Of a stretch of 64,000 nt of DNA, positions 1-7,381 are shown piece after piece. Source of the stretch: an uncultured Clostridium sp. (GTDB lineage: Bacteria; Bacillota; Clostridia; TANB77; CAG-508); the NCBI GenBank assembly GCA_900554815.1, contig USIO01000002.1, positions 192 to 64,191 on the forward strand, given 5' to 3'. Each line of letters opens with the position of its first letter. Position 1 is the first letter of the stretch. The position numbers and the translations under genes were made by a program. Below the pieces are notes generated by a model. It was not told where the DNA came from. It did not search any database and worked only from the letters and a program-made list of their open reading frames with translations.

Positions 1-240
1 GTATGTATAGTCTTTAAAAAAATATAGCAGTATTCTGTCTCTAAAAGTTAAATGTTTTCTTAATTCTTTCAACATTATATTTCTTTTACTCTTCATCTTT
101 ATGGTTCCTCCTATATAATTATTTTGACTATTTATATTTTACCATATTATGTAAATAAAAATAACTATATTAGAAGTTAGATATTAAATCCTCTTTTCGT
201 TGCTACATCCGTTATTTCAAATTTCGACACATTTCGACTT

Positions 241-408
241 TTATTTTAAATCTTTTATTAATTTATCCATATATTCACTTGAAGGATCTTTCTCGAGTTT
301 TATCTCGTTTTTCTTCTTTTCTATATATTCTGTAGCTTTATAATATTCTTCTCTATCTAAAAAATTGCTTATTTCATTTAATATGTTTAATACATCTGCA
401 TTTTTCAT
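241..408 (-). CDS. Small hypothetical protein (55 aa), below the ORF-track cutoff
   Basis: ATG at 408-406, TAA at 243-241. Translation MKNADVLNILNEISNFLDREEYYKATEYIEKKKNEIKLEKDPSSEYMDKLIKDLK. Flanked by 17-bp direct repeats aaataactatattagaa near 160 and 451. Confidence 0.2.
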   Translation of the reverse strand: MKNADVLNILNEISNFLDREEYYKATEYIEKKKNEIKLEKDPSSEYMDKLIKDLK

Positions 409-556
409 AGAACACTACCTCTTTTCTTTCTACAGATATATTATAACACAAATAACTATATTAGAATATAGTTATCTGCAATTTAAGTCAATTTGCAAAT
501 AGTTAAAATAATTGTTACTTTCCTTTAAAATAGGTATATTAGAGGGAGGTGATAAG

Positions 557-775
557 ATGATTCAAGTAAATGTAAAAGAATTACTAAAAAAGCAGAAAAA
601 AACGAAGTATTGGTTTGTCAAACAAATGGAAGGAGGTTATCAGTCACTTACTCGTATGATGGAAAACCAGACAACAGGTATTCGTTTTGATACACTAGAG
701 AAAATGTGTGATATTTTTAATTGTGAAATTGGAGATATTATTGTTAGAAAGAAAGGTAAGAAAAAAAATGAGTAA
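557..775 (+). CDS. XRE/Cro-C1-type HTH transcriptional regulator (YozG-like)
   Basis: RBS GGAGG upstream of ATG at 557. Motifs KTKYWFVKQMEGGYQSLTRM and FDTLEKMCDIFNCEIGDII are typical of small XRE-family regulators. Overlaps the next gene by 8 nt (coupled). Confidence 0.7.
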   Translation: MIQVNVKELLKKQKKTKYWFVKQMEGGYQSLTRMMENQTTGIRFDTLEKMCDIFNCEIGDIIVRKKGKKKNE

Positions 776-1148
776 ACTTTTAAAGCAATATCAAGAACTA
801 AAGAAAAAAGATTCTAATAAAATTTATATTTTTCAAGTAGGAATTTTTTATAATTTATTAAATGAAGATGCCCAATTAGTTTCTAACAAAATTGGATTGA
901 AGCTTACCAATTTAGGTCCAGAAATAGTAAAATGTGGTTTTCCTATCGCCAAATTAGAAAAATATACACATTTATTCGAAAGTCTCGACTTAAAATACGA
1001 ATTAGTTACTAATCAAGCACCTTTAAATCAAGGCTCCTACAGTAGTATTATAAAAAATATACAAAATATAGATTTAGAGAATACTACTTGTAAAGAAGCA
1101 TTTGATATATTATATAATATACAACAAAAATTGAAAAATATACAATAG
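768..1148 (+). CDS. Stand-alone MutS domain I (mismatch-recognition domain)-like protein, 126 aa
   Basis: LLKQYQELKKKDSNKIYIFQVGIFYNLLNEDAQLVSNKIGLKLTNLG...CGFPIAKLEKY aligns with MutS N-terminus MMQQYL..K...P..LLFFRMGDFYELF.DDA..AS.LL.I.LT.RG. The Phe of the GxFxE motif is retained but the Glu is replaced by Asn. Confidence 0.55.
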   Translation: MSKLLKQYQELKKKDSNKIYIFQVGIFYNLLNEDAQLVSNKIGLKLTNLGPEIVKCGFPIAKLEKYTHLFESLDLKYELVTNQAPLNQGSYSSIIKNIQNIDLENTTCKEAFDILYNIQQKLKNIQ

Positions 1149-1167
1149 AGGAGATTTTTTCTCCTCT
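1147..1167. terminator. Bidirectional hairpin terminator between convergent genes
   Basis: agaggaga-ttttt-tctcctct, 8-bp stem, lying between the 768..1148(+) gene and the endolysin 3' end. Confidence 0.4.
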
Positions 1168-1178
1168 TCTTTCATTGT

Positions 1179-2024
1179 TTATTTTAATTTTTGATTTACT
1201 ATTTTTTGAATAGCATTATAATCATATCCCGCTGCAGTTAATCTATTCTTTCTGTCTGTTCCATTGCCCCATTTTCCTTGGATAACTTCATTGACAATAG
1301 TTTCATTTGATTTTTTATTTGATGATGTACTTGAAGATGTTGCACCCAGTTTTTGATTTACTATTTTTTGAATAGCATTATAATCATATCCTGCTGCAGT
1401 TAATCTATTTTTTCTATCATCTCCATTACCCCATTTTCCTTGAATAACTTCTTCGGCAATGGTTTCATTTGATTTTTTATTTGATAATGTACTTGAAGAT
1501 TCTGTTGTACTTCCACTTAATTTAGCATTTACTGTATCAGCTAATTCTTGAAATCTATTTTGCAAATATTTACCCGGACAGCTTGTAGCTGCAAACATAT
1601 TGTGCCTTGTTAAACTTCCATTTTTAGTACCATCATATTTTAATGTAAAACCATATCTTTTACATATATCTACACATAGATTAACTAAAGAATTCCATGC
1701 AGCATCAGATATTGGCCAGTCCCCTCCTGTAGAACTATTAGATACTTCTATTGTAATTGCTTGGCAGTCATTTGAAGATGAACTAGATGTCCATGCTCTA
1801 TTATTTTCATCTACACATCCTACTATTCCACCATCGTTACCAATACAATAATTTGCACTTGCCTGTCTATTTGGATTTTGGAAAAGTTTTGCACATTGTT
1901 CTCCACTTAAAACACCTGCCATGTGATGTGGTGTTATTTTACATACTTTGTAACCTTTTCTTCCTTGTGTATAGTTACTTGAAGATGCTAAAACTTTACT
2001 TTTAATTAAACTTGAAAATCCCAT
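1179..2024 (-). CDS. Endolysin: N-acetylmuramoyl-L-alanine amidase (Amidase_2/PGRP) with two C-terminal CW_7-like cell-wall-binding repeats
   Basis: HHMAG...CIGNDGGIVGCVDENNRAW...TRHNMFAATSCPG amidase core. Tandem repeat GKWGNGxDRKNRLTAAGYDYNAIQKIVNQKL x2, seen as roughly 140-bp DNA direct repeats at 1186-1330 and 1360-1500. Confidence 0.85.
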   Translation of the reverse strand: MGFSSLIKSKVLASSSNYTQGRKGYKVCKITPHHMAGVLSGEQCAKLFQNPNRQASANYCIGNDGGIVGCVDENNRAWTSSSSSNDCQAITIEVSNSSTGGDWPISDAAWNSLVNLCVDICKRYGFTLKYDGTKNGSLTRHNMFAATSCPGKYLQNRFQELADTVNAKLSGSTTESSSTLSNKKSNETIAEEVIQGKWGNGDDRKNRLTAAGYDYNAIQKIVNQKLGATSSSTSSNKKSNETIVNEVIQGKWGNGTDRKNRLTAAGYDYNAIQKIVNQKLK

Positions 2025-2104
2025 TATTCTTCGCCCTCCTCTTTACCATTTGATAATTCTTCTTCCATTTCTGGTGTTAAAGTAATTTTTTCGTTTTCTT
2101 CCAT
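2024..2104 (-). CDS. Small acidic peptide (26 aa), translationally coupled to the endolysin (TAATG overlap)
   Basis: Strong RBS AAGGAGG 7 nt upstream of ATG at 2104-2102. Translation MEENEKITLTPEMEEELSNGKEEGEE. Stop overlaps the endolysin start. Sits between holin and endolysin. Confidence 0.3.
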   Translation of the reverse strand: MEENEKITLTPEMEEELSNGKEEGEE

Positions 2105-2180
2105 AACGAATACCTCCTTTTTTAAAATAAATAAAATCCAGAAATTATTTTTTCTGGATCTTTTGAAATAATTGTTATTT

Positions 2181-2432
2181 CTATTTTGTTTTTGTTGCAT
2201 CATATATTCCTCCTGCAGCTGTTGCAGAAAAAATACATAAAATTAATGAATATAGAATATTTGTGTTTAAACCTGTAGCAAATACTAATATACCTGCGAT
2301 AATACCAATTACTATATTTTGATATGGTATATAATCTTGAGTAGCCCAATTAAACTTCTTGGCCAATGTACCAAATATAGCTGTTACTATTGCCGTTGCT
2401 ACAGCAATTATTATATCTGCTGTTAGTTCCAT
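2181..2432 (-). CDS. Holin (small protein with two hydrophobic transmembrane helices and a charged C-terminus)
   Basis: 83 aa, hydrophobic segments IIIAVATAIVTAIFG and IVIGIIAGILVFATG, C-terminus DATKTK. Position directly upstream of the endolysin. Confidence 0.7.
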   Translation of the reverse strand: MELTADIIIAVATAIVTAIFGTLAKKFNWATQDYIPYQNIVIGIIAGILVFATGLNTNILYSLILCIFSATAAGGIYDATKTK

Positions 2433-2448
2433 AACATTTCCCTCCTTT

Positions 2449-3069
2449 CTACTTTTTACTGACCATTTTTTCTAGGTTTTCTTCAATAAAAAATTTTAAT
2501 TTTAAGATTTCGTTCATTTCATCATTTGAGAAATTTACACAATTTGTTTTTGAAAATTGTAATGCTAAAAATCCTATTGGATCTCCATTTTTATTATTTA
2601 AAATAATATCAAAAAAAGAACCTATTTCTTGTCCTTTTTTTAATCCATAAGTTGCTGGCATACATTCCTTTATATCTTCTAAATTACTAATTTTCATTTG
2701 CTTTTCATTTAATAATGTTCTAATAAAACTAGGAATACAACTTAATGGAACAGCTTGAAGTTCTTTTTGATGGCTTTTTATTCCTGTTCTTACCACTTCA
2801 AAAGTACATGAAGTTTTTAAAGCACTTCTTCCATTTGCATAATGACCACCATTATGAAAATCATAGATTTGTACACGATCAGCCTTAACAAATTCTTTCA
2901 AAGCTTCCATTTTATTTGTAATTTCCATATCTATTGAGCATTGCTTTTGTATTTTTCTAGGTAAGGTATTTTCGATTTCCTTTTTAGCTTTTAAAGCTGT
3001 AGCAATAAGTGTCCCAAGTGCTGCTATTAATGCAGTTATACTTATTATTGTAGTTGTTATACTTTCCAA
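2449..3069 (-). CDS. Membrane-anchored hypothetical protein (206 aa, N-terminal TM helix)
   Basis: N-terminal hydrophobic helix TTTIISITALIAALGTLIATAL, then a soluble domain. No recognisable motif. Sits between XkdX and the holin, after a terminator. Confidence 0.35.
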   Translation of the reverse strand: MESITTTIISITALIAALGTLIATALKAKKEIENTLPRKIQKQCSIDMEITNKMEALKEFVKADRVQIYDFHNGGHYANGRSALKTSCTFEVVRTGIKSHQKELQAVPLSCIPSFIRTLLNEKQMKISNLEDIKECMPATYGLKKGQEIGSFFDIILNNKNGDPIGFLALQFSKTNCVNFSNDEMNEILKLKFFIEENLEKMVSKK

Positions 3070-3119
3070 AAACCTTTTTCCTCCTCTCTTACAATTTTTC
3101 TATAAAAACCGCAAAAAAC

Positions 3120-3160
3120 AACGCTCTAAAATCAATTTTTAGGCGTTTATTTTTTTTATT
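3120..3160. terminator. Hairpin plus T/A run at the end of the late tail operon (bidirectional)
   Basis: aacgc(t)ctaaaa-tcaat-ttttaggcgtt followed by ttattttttttatt. RC side followed by gttttttgcggttttt. Confidence 0.4.
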
Positions 3161-3217
3161 AATATACTTTTATTACTTATTTTTAAGGCTTTTTTAGAAA
3201 ATTTTGTCGCAAAAGAT

Positions 3218-3352
3218 TTATTTGTAGTCTTCTCCTGTAATTTCTTTATATTCCTCTTCTGTAATCCATTTTCCAACGGCATTATATACTCTTGTTTGGT
3301 TCCACATTCCATTTTCATAATAATTTTTTACTTTTTCAAAATTTTTACTCAT
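3218..3352 (-). CDS. xkdX: XkdX-family small phage protein (44 aa)
   Basis: MSKNFEKVKNYYENGMWNQTRVYNAVGKWITEEEYKEITGEDYK. The GKWIT.EEYKEITG C-terminal motif is characteristic of Phage_XkdX. Below the ORF-track cutoff. Confidence 0.65.
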   Translation of the reverse strand: MSKNFEKVKNYYENGMWNQTRVYNAVGKWITEEEYKEITGEDYK

Positions 3353-3355
3353 AAT

Positions 3356-3685
3356 CTACTCCTCCTCCAAGTCAATATCTGACATCATTGCTAGATATTC
3401 AATATCAGATTGCATTTTCAATTTTTCTAGTTCTGCTTCAGATATATCTCTTAAAACGAAATAGTATCCATCTTTATAGTGTGCAATTTGTACTAATTCC
3501 ATATGATTATGTTCTTCAGTAATCTCTTGTCCATCTTCAGTAGTTCCTTCTATTTTGACTTTTATTAATTTTCCTTTGAAGTCCTCCTCTGTGATTTCAG
3601 TTTCTGATACAAAATTATTTCCATTTAAACCTAAGTTTTCAAGTTTTGTTCCATCAGCCAATGTAATTTTCCATGATTTTTCCAT
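3356..3685 (-). CDS. Hypothetical phage protein; XkdW-like call rests only on position and size
   Basis: 109 aa acidic protein immediately upstream of xkdX. Overlaps the RT 3' end by 55 nt. Confidence 0.3.
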   Translation of the reverse strand: MEKSWKITLADGTKLENLGLNGNNFVSETEITEEDFKGKLIKVKIEGTTEDGQEITEEHNHMELVQIAHYKDGYYFVLRDISEAELEKLKMQSDIEYLAMMSDIDLEEE

Positions 3686-4749
3686 GTTACCCTCCTTTTA
3701 AATAAATCATAATATAATTGTGACATATTACTTATTTGTAATCTTGACATATTTTTATAGTTTCCTGCCATCCAACTTTTAAATGTATTTTCTATCTCAT
3801 CATAAGTTAATCTTTTCTTTTCTAATAATCTTTTATATGCTTTCAATTTTCTGCGTTCTCGTGTTATTGCTTTAGGATGTATCTTCTTTATCAACCTACC
3901 TGTTTCAGTTAACTGATATTGTATTTGTAATATTCTAAAAGGTTGAGATAATTTGCACAAGTGTGTTTTTTTAGGATTAATTATTAAGCCTAATTTATCA
4001 GCTATTTCTTTTATTTCTCTCAATAACTTTTTTAAGAAGTCTTTATCTTCATGAATTATATAAAGATCATCCGTATATCTTCCATAATGTTTAACACCTT
4101 TTACGATTTTAATATAATTATCAATTTTTACAGGATAAGAAATTCCTATATTTTGTGAAGGTTGACTTCCTATATCAACACCTCTGTTATTTTTATTATC
4201 TATATTAAATATTTCAAATAAATTACTTAATATCCATAATGTTATTTTTGCTTCGTCTTTATCTGCTTTCTTTAATAAATTATATGTATTTTGTAAACAT
4301 AATTTGTGAGGAATACTAGCATAATAACTGCTAAAATCAATCAATAATATATATCCTTCATTATTTTTATGCTTTCTATAATATCTATGTAAGTGTGTTT
4401 CTAATCTTTTTCTGTGGAAGGATACTCCTTTGCCCTTTTGACTAGCTCCATTATCATAAATTAAATATGGAGAAATAGCTTTACTTAAAACATTATCACA
4501 AAGTAGATGATTTATAGTTTTATCCACCATATTGTCTGTTGTTATATGTCTTATTTTTCCTCTTTCTTTAATTATAAATTTTCTTCCTTTAGAAGGCCTA
4601 TACTTTCCTTCAATTAACTTTTTCTGTAATTCAGCAGTTTCTAATAATTGGTTCATTTCAAATAAGTGTGATTGATATTTGAAAGGAGCTCCTTTAATTG
4701 CTTTTTTTCCTGCCTCATATATTGCATTTGCATCATAAAAAACATTCAT
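3631..4749 (-). CDS. DGR reverse transcriptase
   Basis: RT motifs present: YILLIDFSSYYASIPH (motif A), IGSQPSQNIGISYP (DGR-typical I-G-x-x-x-S-Q motif B), RYTDDLYIIHED (YxDD motif C). 372 aa, typical DGR RT size. Lies adjacent to a TR/VR pair. Confidence 0.9.
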   Translation of the reverse strand: MNVFYDANAIYEAGKKAIKGAPFKYQSHLFEMNQLLETAELQKKLIEGKYRPSKGRKFIIKERGKIRHITTDNMVDKTINHLLCDNVLSKAISPYLIYDNGASQKGKGVSFHRKRLETHLHRYYRKHKNNEGYILLIDFSSYYASIPHKLCLQNTYNLLKKADKDEAKITLWILSNLFEIFNIDNKNNRGVDIGSQPSQNIGISYPVKIDNYIKIVKGVKHYGRYTDDLYIIHEDKDFLKKLLREIKEIADKLGLIINPKKTHLCKLSQPFRILQIQYQLTETGRLIKKIHPKAITRERRKLKAYKRLLEKKRLTYDEIENTFKSWMAGNYKNMSRLQISNMSQLYYDLFKRRVTWKNHGKLHWLMEQNLKT

Positions 4750-4894
4750 AAATCACTTTAATAGTATTACTGGTCGTAACCAAATACATAATGATTAGTA
4801 TTTATCAACATTTACTTGTTGAAGGGATAATCTTTCCTTTCCTTTTCCCATTGCCCTGCTATGAAAGCTTAGTTCATATATATTGCATGGTTGT

Positions 4895-4989
4895 GAAATC
4901 GGGACGAACGCCATTCGAGTTCGAAGCAGAGTTGTTGTTGGCATTGCCATTGCTGTTAACATTAGCGAAGTTCGAAGAAGAAGCGACAT
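4895..4989 (-). repeat. DGR template repeat (TR)
   Basis: About 91 bp homologous to 5662-5756. All 15 mismatches are at TR adenines on the coding (minus) strand. TR frame carries AAC/AAT codons (..NFANVNSNGNANNNSASNSNG..). Confidence 0.85.
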
Positions 4990-5008
4990 ATAAAGATTAC
5001 CCACTAAA

Positions 5009-5521
5009 TTATTTTTTTATGTTTTTTAGAAACCTATTGTCAGACTGTCTGAGTGCTTTTATCATATTAAATTCTTGTTGAATTAATAAAACTAAATTTG
5101 TATACTTATTAAGATCTGCATATAAACATTCTCCTACATACTGTAGTTCATCTTGAAGTGCGTTGCAGCACGACATTGCTCTATCCATTTCTATTCTTCT
5201 TTCTTCAAATTCAGAAATGTATGTTGGAAATATTGTATTTGCAATTCTTAAGTGTCTACTTATTCCTGTCGCTAGTTCTATTACACTATTTGTAGAACGG
5301 TTTAATTGTTGTTCAAAATATTGATAAGTTCTTTTTTTTATTTTTTGCTGTTCTTCTTCTGGAAATCTTTTAATTTTCTCTGCAATAATATTTTCTACCT
5401 TTGAACTATTTATATAGAAATCATTTTCAGCTAGCTTAGTTACCGCCATTCTAATTTTATATGCATTATGTATAGTCTGTAATTTTGATTCTTTCCTTTC
5501 ACTCTTTTTTATATCTGACAT
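5009..5521 (-). CDS. avd: Putative DGR accessory variability determinant (Avd-like), basic helical protein
   Basis: Sits between target gene and TR, which is the canonical avd position. 170 aa, K/R/E-rich and predicted helical. No direct motif proof. Confidence 0.45.
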   Translation of the reverse strand: MSDIKKSERKESKLQTIHNAYKIRMAVTKLAENDFYINSSKVENIIAEKIKRFPEEEQQKIKKRTYQYFEQQLNRSTNSVIELATGISRHLRIANTIFPTYISEFEERRIEMDRAMSCCNALQDELQYVGECLYADLNKYTNLVLLIQQEFNMIKALRQSDNRFLKNIKK

Positions 5522-5619
5522 TTAAAATAATACTATTTCTCCTTTTCTGCAATTTTCGACAAAATTATATCATTTTAAATTTATTAATTTAACTATTTTG
5601 AAGAACCACTATATTATAT

Positions 5620-5640
5620 GTCAGGGCATAAAGCCCTGAC
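5620..5640 (-). other. GC-rich hairpin immediately 3' of VR/IMH (candidate DGR homing-enhancing stem-loop)
   Basis: gtcagggc-ataaa-gccctgac, 8-bp perfect GC-rich stem. Sits 10 nt past the target stop codon and is not followed by a T-run on the transcript strand. Confidence 0.5.
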
Positions 5641-5649
5641 GATGTCTGA

Positions 5650-6510
5650 TTAGTAGATTAGGAAAGCGGGACGAACGCCACCCGAGCCCGAAGCAGAGCC
5701 GCTGTAGGCAAGGCCATAGCCGTTAACAAAAGCGAAGTACGAAGAAGAAGCGACATCCCTTAACCAATAATAATGTCTTGTTCCTGAATCATTAAAAGCT
5801 GTTATTAAATCTTTTCTATGTTGAAATAATGATAACTGAGACTTATCTATTGTAATATTGCCGGTTGGCAAGCTAGTTCCATTTATTACATTATGAAATA
5901 CATTAGTTCCATACACCATTATTTCATTCATTAGTTCTATTGTGCTATCAACCCATGAGCCTGCACTTTCATATCCGCTAGTTGTAGCATTAGCTAAATA
6001 ATTTCTATGTGATAGGATATGAGCAATTTCAAAATCATTTTGTATAATAGTTTTAAATGGAGCCAAATTTTCTGTGTACATTTTGCTTCCTACATAAGCA
6101 CCGGTTGTAACATTGGTTTCATTCATTTGAGCACTACCCATTGTTTTTTCTGGTATCATTAAAACATGATGAGTTGTACACTCTGTATCTCCACAGTGAA
6201 GTCTATAATCTAAGTCTGCTACTATATATTTTCTATTACTATTTTTCCCTATGATATAATCTCCTACAAATATATCATCAAATGTTCCTGCAGCTATTTG
6301 TTCGCTTAATGTTCCATCATAGAATAAGTCTGTTATATCTTGCCCTCTATAAATAGAATTATGAGCACCTGCATTTTGTGGTATTAACCCACTTAATAAT
6401 TTGGATAATAGCACTTTTTTAGTTTTTCCATTTGTAGTATCTACAATTGGAATTACATCATTATTATTTATTGTTAGTAATTCTTCTAATTCTGATATTT
6501 TTTTAATCAT
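5650..6510 (-). CDS. DGR variable target protein: tail-fibre/receptor-binding-like, C-terminal C-type-lectin-like variable domain (DUF1566/FGE-like ending ..HYYWLRD..VRPAF)
   Basis: 286 aa. VR covers the last 32 codons (DVASSSYFAFVNGYGLAYSGSASGSGGVRPAFLIY). First ORF after the tail genes. RBS AAGGAGGG. Confidence 0.8.
   Translation of the reverse strand: MIKKISELEELLTINNNDVIPIVDTTNGKTKKVLLSKLLSGLIPQNAGAHNSIYRGQDITDLFYDGTLSEQIAAGTFDDIFVGDYIIGKNSNRKYIVADLDYRLHCGDTECTTHHVLMIPEKTMGSAQMNETNVTTGAYVGSKMYTENLAPFKTIIQNDFEIAHILSHRNYLANATTSGYESAGSWVDSTIELMNEIMVYGTNVFHNVINGTSLPTGNITIDKSQLSLFQHRKDLITAFNDSGTRHYYWLRDVASSSYFAFVNGYGLAYSGSASGSGGVRPAFLIY
5662..5756 (-). repeat. DGR variable repeat (VR) with IMH-like GC element (ggcgttcgtcccg) at its 3' end
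   Basis: Differs from TR only at positions where TR has A on the coding strand (A to C/G/T). Invariant GC-rich 3' segment shared with TR, then divergent flanks (IMH versus IMH*). Confidence 0.85.
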
Positions 6511-6523
6511 TTTTACCCTCCTT

Positions 6524-7369
6524 TTACATTCCGCAAGCTAGATATTCATTATCTTCTGTTACTAGATAATCTCCATCCTCTGTTACTATTGCAGAAATTG
6601 ATTCCATCAACATTTGTGTTAAATTATCTATTTGTAATTGCAAGTTTCCTGCTGCATCTTCAGATAATTGGTCTTTCATTTGTTGAAACCAAGTATCAAA
6701 TGCATTTTCTTCTTGAGAAAAGAAATTTGCCATTGCTTGCTTAAATTCTGTAAAATATTCATCGTGTTCCGCTTCTTGATCTTCATAATATTTTTGATAT
6801 GCAGCCTGCCATTGGGCATATAATGTTGAAGTATCTACTTGGTATATTAAACTTGTAACCCAAGGACATTCATTACTTCCTCTGCAGTCTGTTATTAGAT
6901 TTTGTGTGACTTTTACACAAGAAGGACTAATAATTATATCAGCTAATCTTAACTCAAAAATATTTTCCTCAGTATTAATTTCTGGATGTACAGGATTACT
7001 TGAAGCAGACCCCTGTCTATATACTATATTTCCTACTCTTCCTGCTTGTGTTTTATCTACTTGAGCCACTATACTGTCTATTCTTGATAAAACTTCCGAG
7101 TTTTGTGATATAGTTATTATCAAGTCGCTTGGATTTTCAAACCATTTGTCTCCAATTATTGCATTACCTGCGGAAACTATTACATTCATTCCATTATTTG
7201 CAGAAAATACTTGTAAATCATCGGATGCTTCGCCCTTTGGTGTTGCAAAAACACCATTGCTTACTAATCTTCTGTAAGGTCTATTCATATCATCTGCAGA
7301 ATAAGTTCTATCCTCATTTATTGCATCAAAAAATCCTGCATTTACATTATATTTTACATCGCTTGACAT
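6524..7369 (-). CDS. Phage tail fibre/baseplate-associated structural protein (hypothetical)
   Basis: 281 aa between the Tal-like gene and the DGR target. Q/E-rich coiled C-terminal part. No motif recognised. Confidence 0.35.
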   Translation of the reverse strand: MSSDVKYNVNAGFFDAINEDRTYSADDMNRPYRRLVSNGVFATPKGEASDDLQVFSANNGMNVIVSAGNAIIGDKWFENPSDLIITISQNSEVLSRIDSIVAQVDKTQAGRVGNIVYRQGSASSNPVHPEINTEENIFELRLADIIISPSCVKVTQNLITDCRGSNECPWVTSLIYQVDTSTLYAQWQAAYQKYYEDQEAEHDEYFTEFKQAMANFFSQEENAFDTWFQQMKDQLSEDAAGNLQLQIDNLTQMLMESISAIVTEDGDYLVTEDNEYLACGM

Positions 7370-7381
7370 ATTTTCCTCCTT

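Noticed and set aside
1-1178. attR / left prophage boundary
   Set aside because: No duplicated tRNA-Gly 3' segment or convincing core repeat found. Only AT-rich low-complexity resemblance (tttaaaaaaatata) exists, so the boundary is left undetermined.
3356-3685. Confident XkdW assignment
   Set aside because: Only position and size support it. No sequence motif I can verify from memory, so it is kept as hypothetical.
4791-5081. ORFs 4791..5081(+) and 4795..5004(-) overlapping the TR
   Set aside because: They lie on the non-coding template repeat of the DGR. Their translations are low-complexity by-products of the AAC-rich TR and have no RBS.
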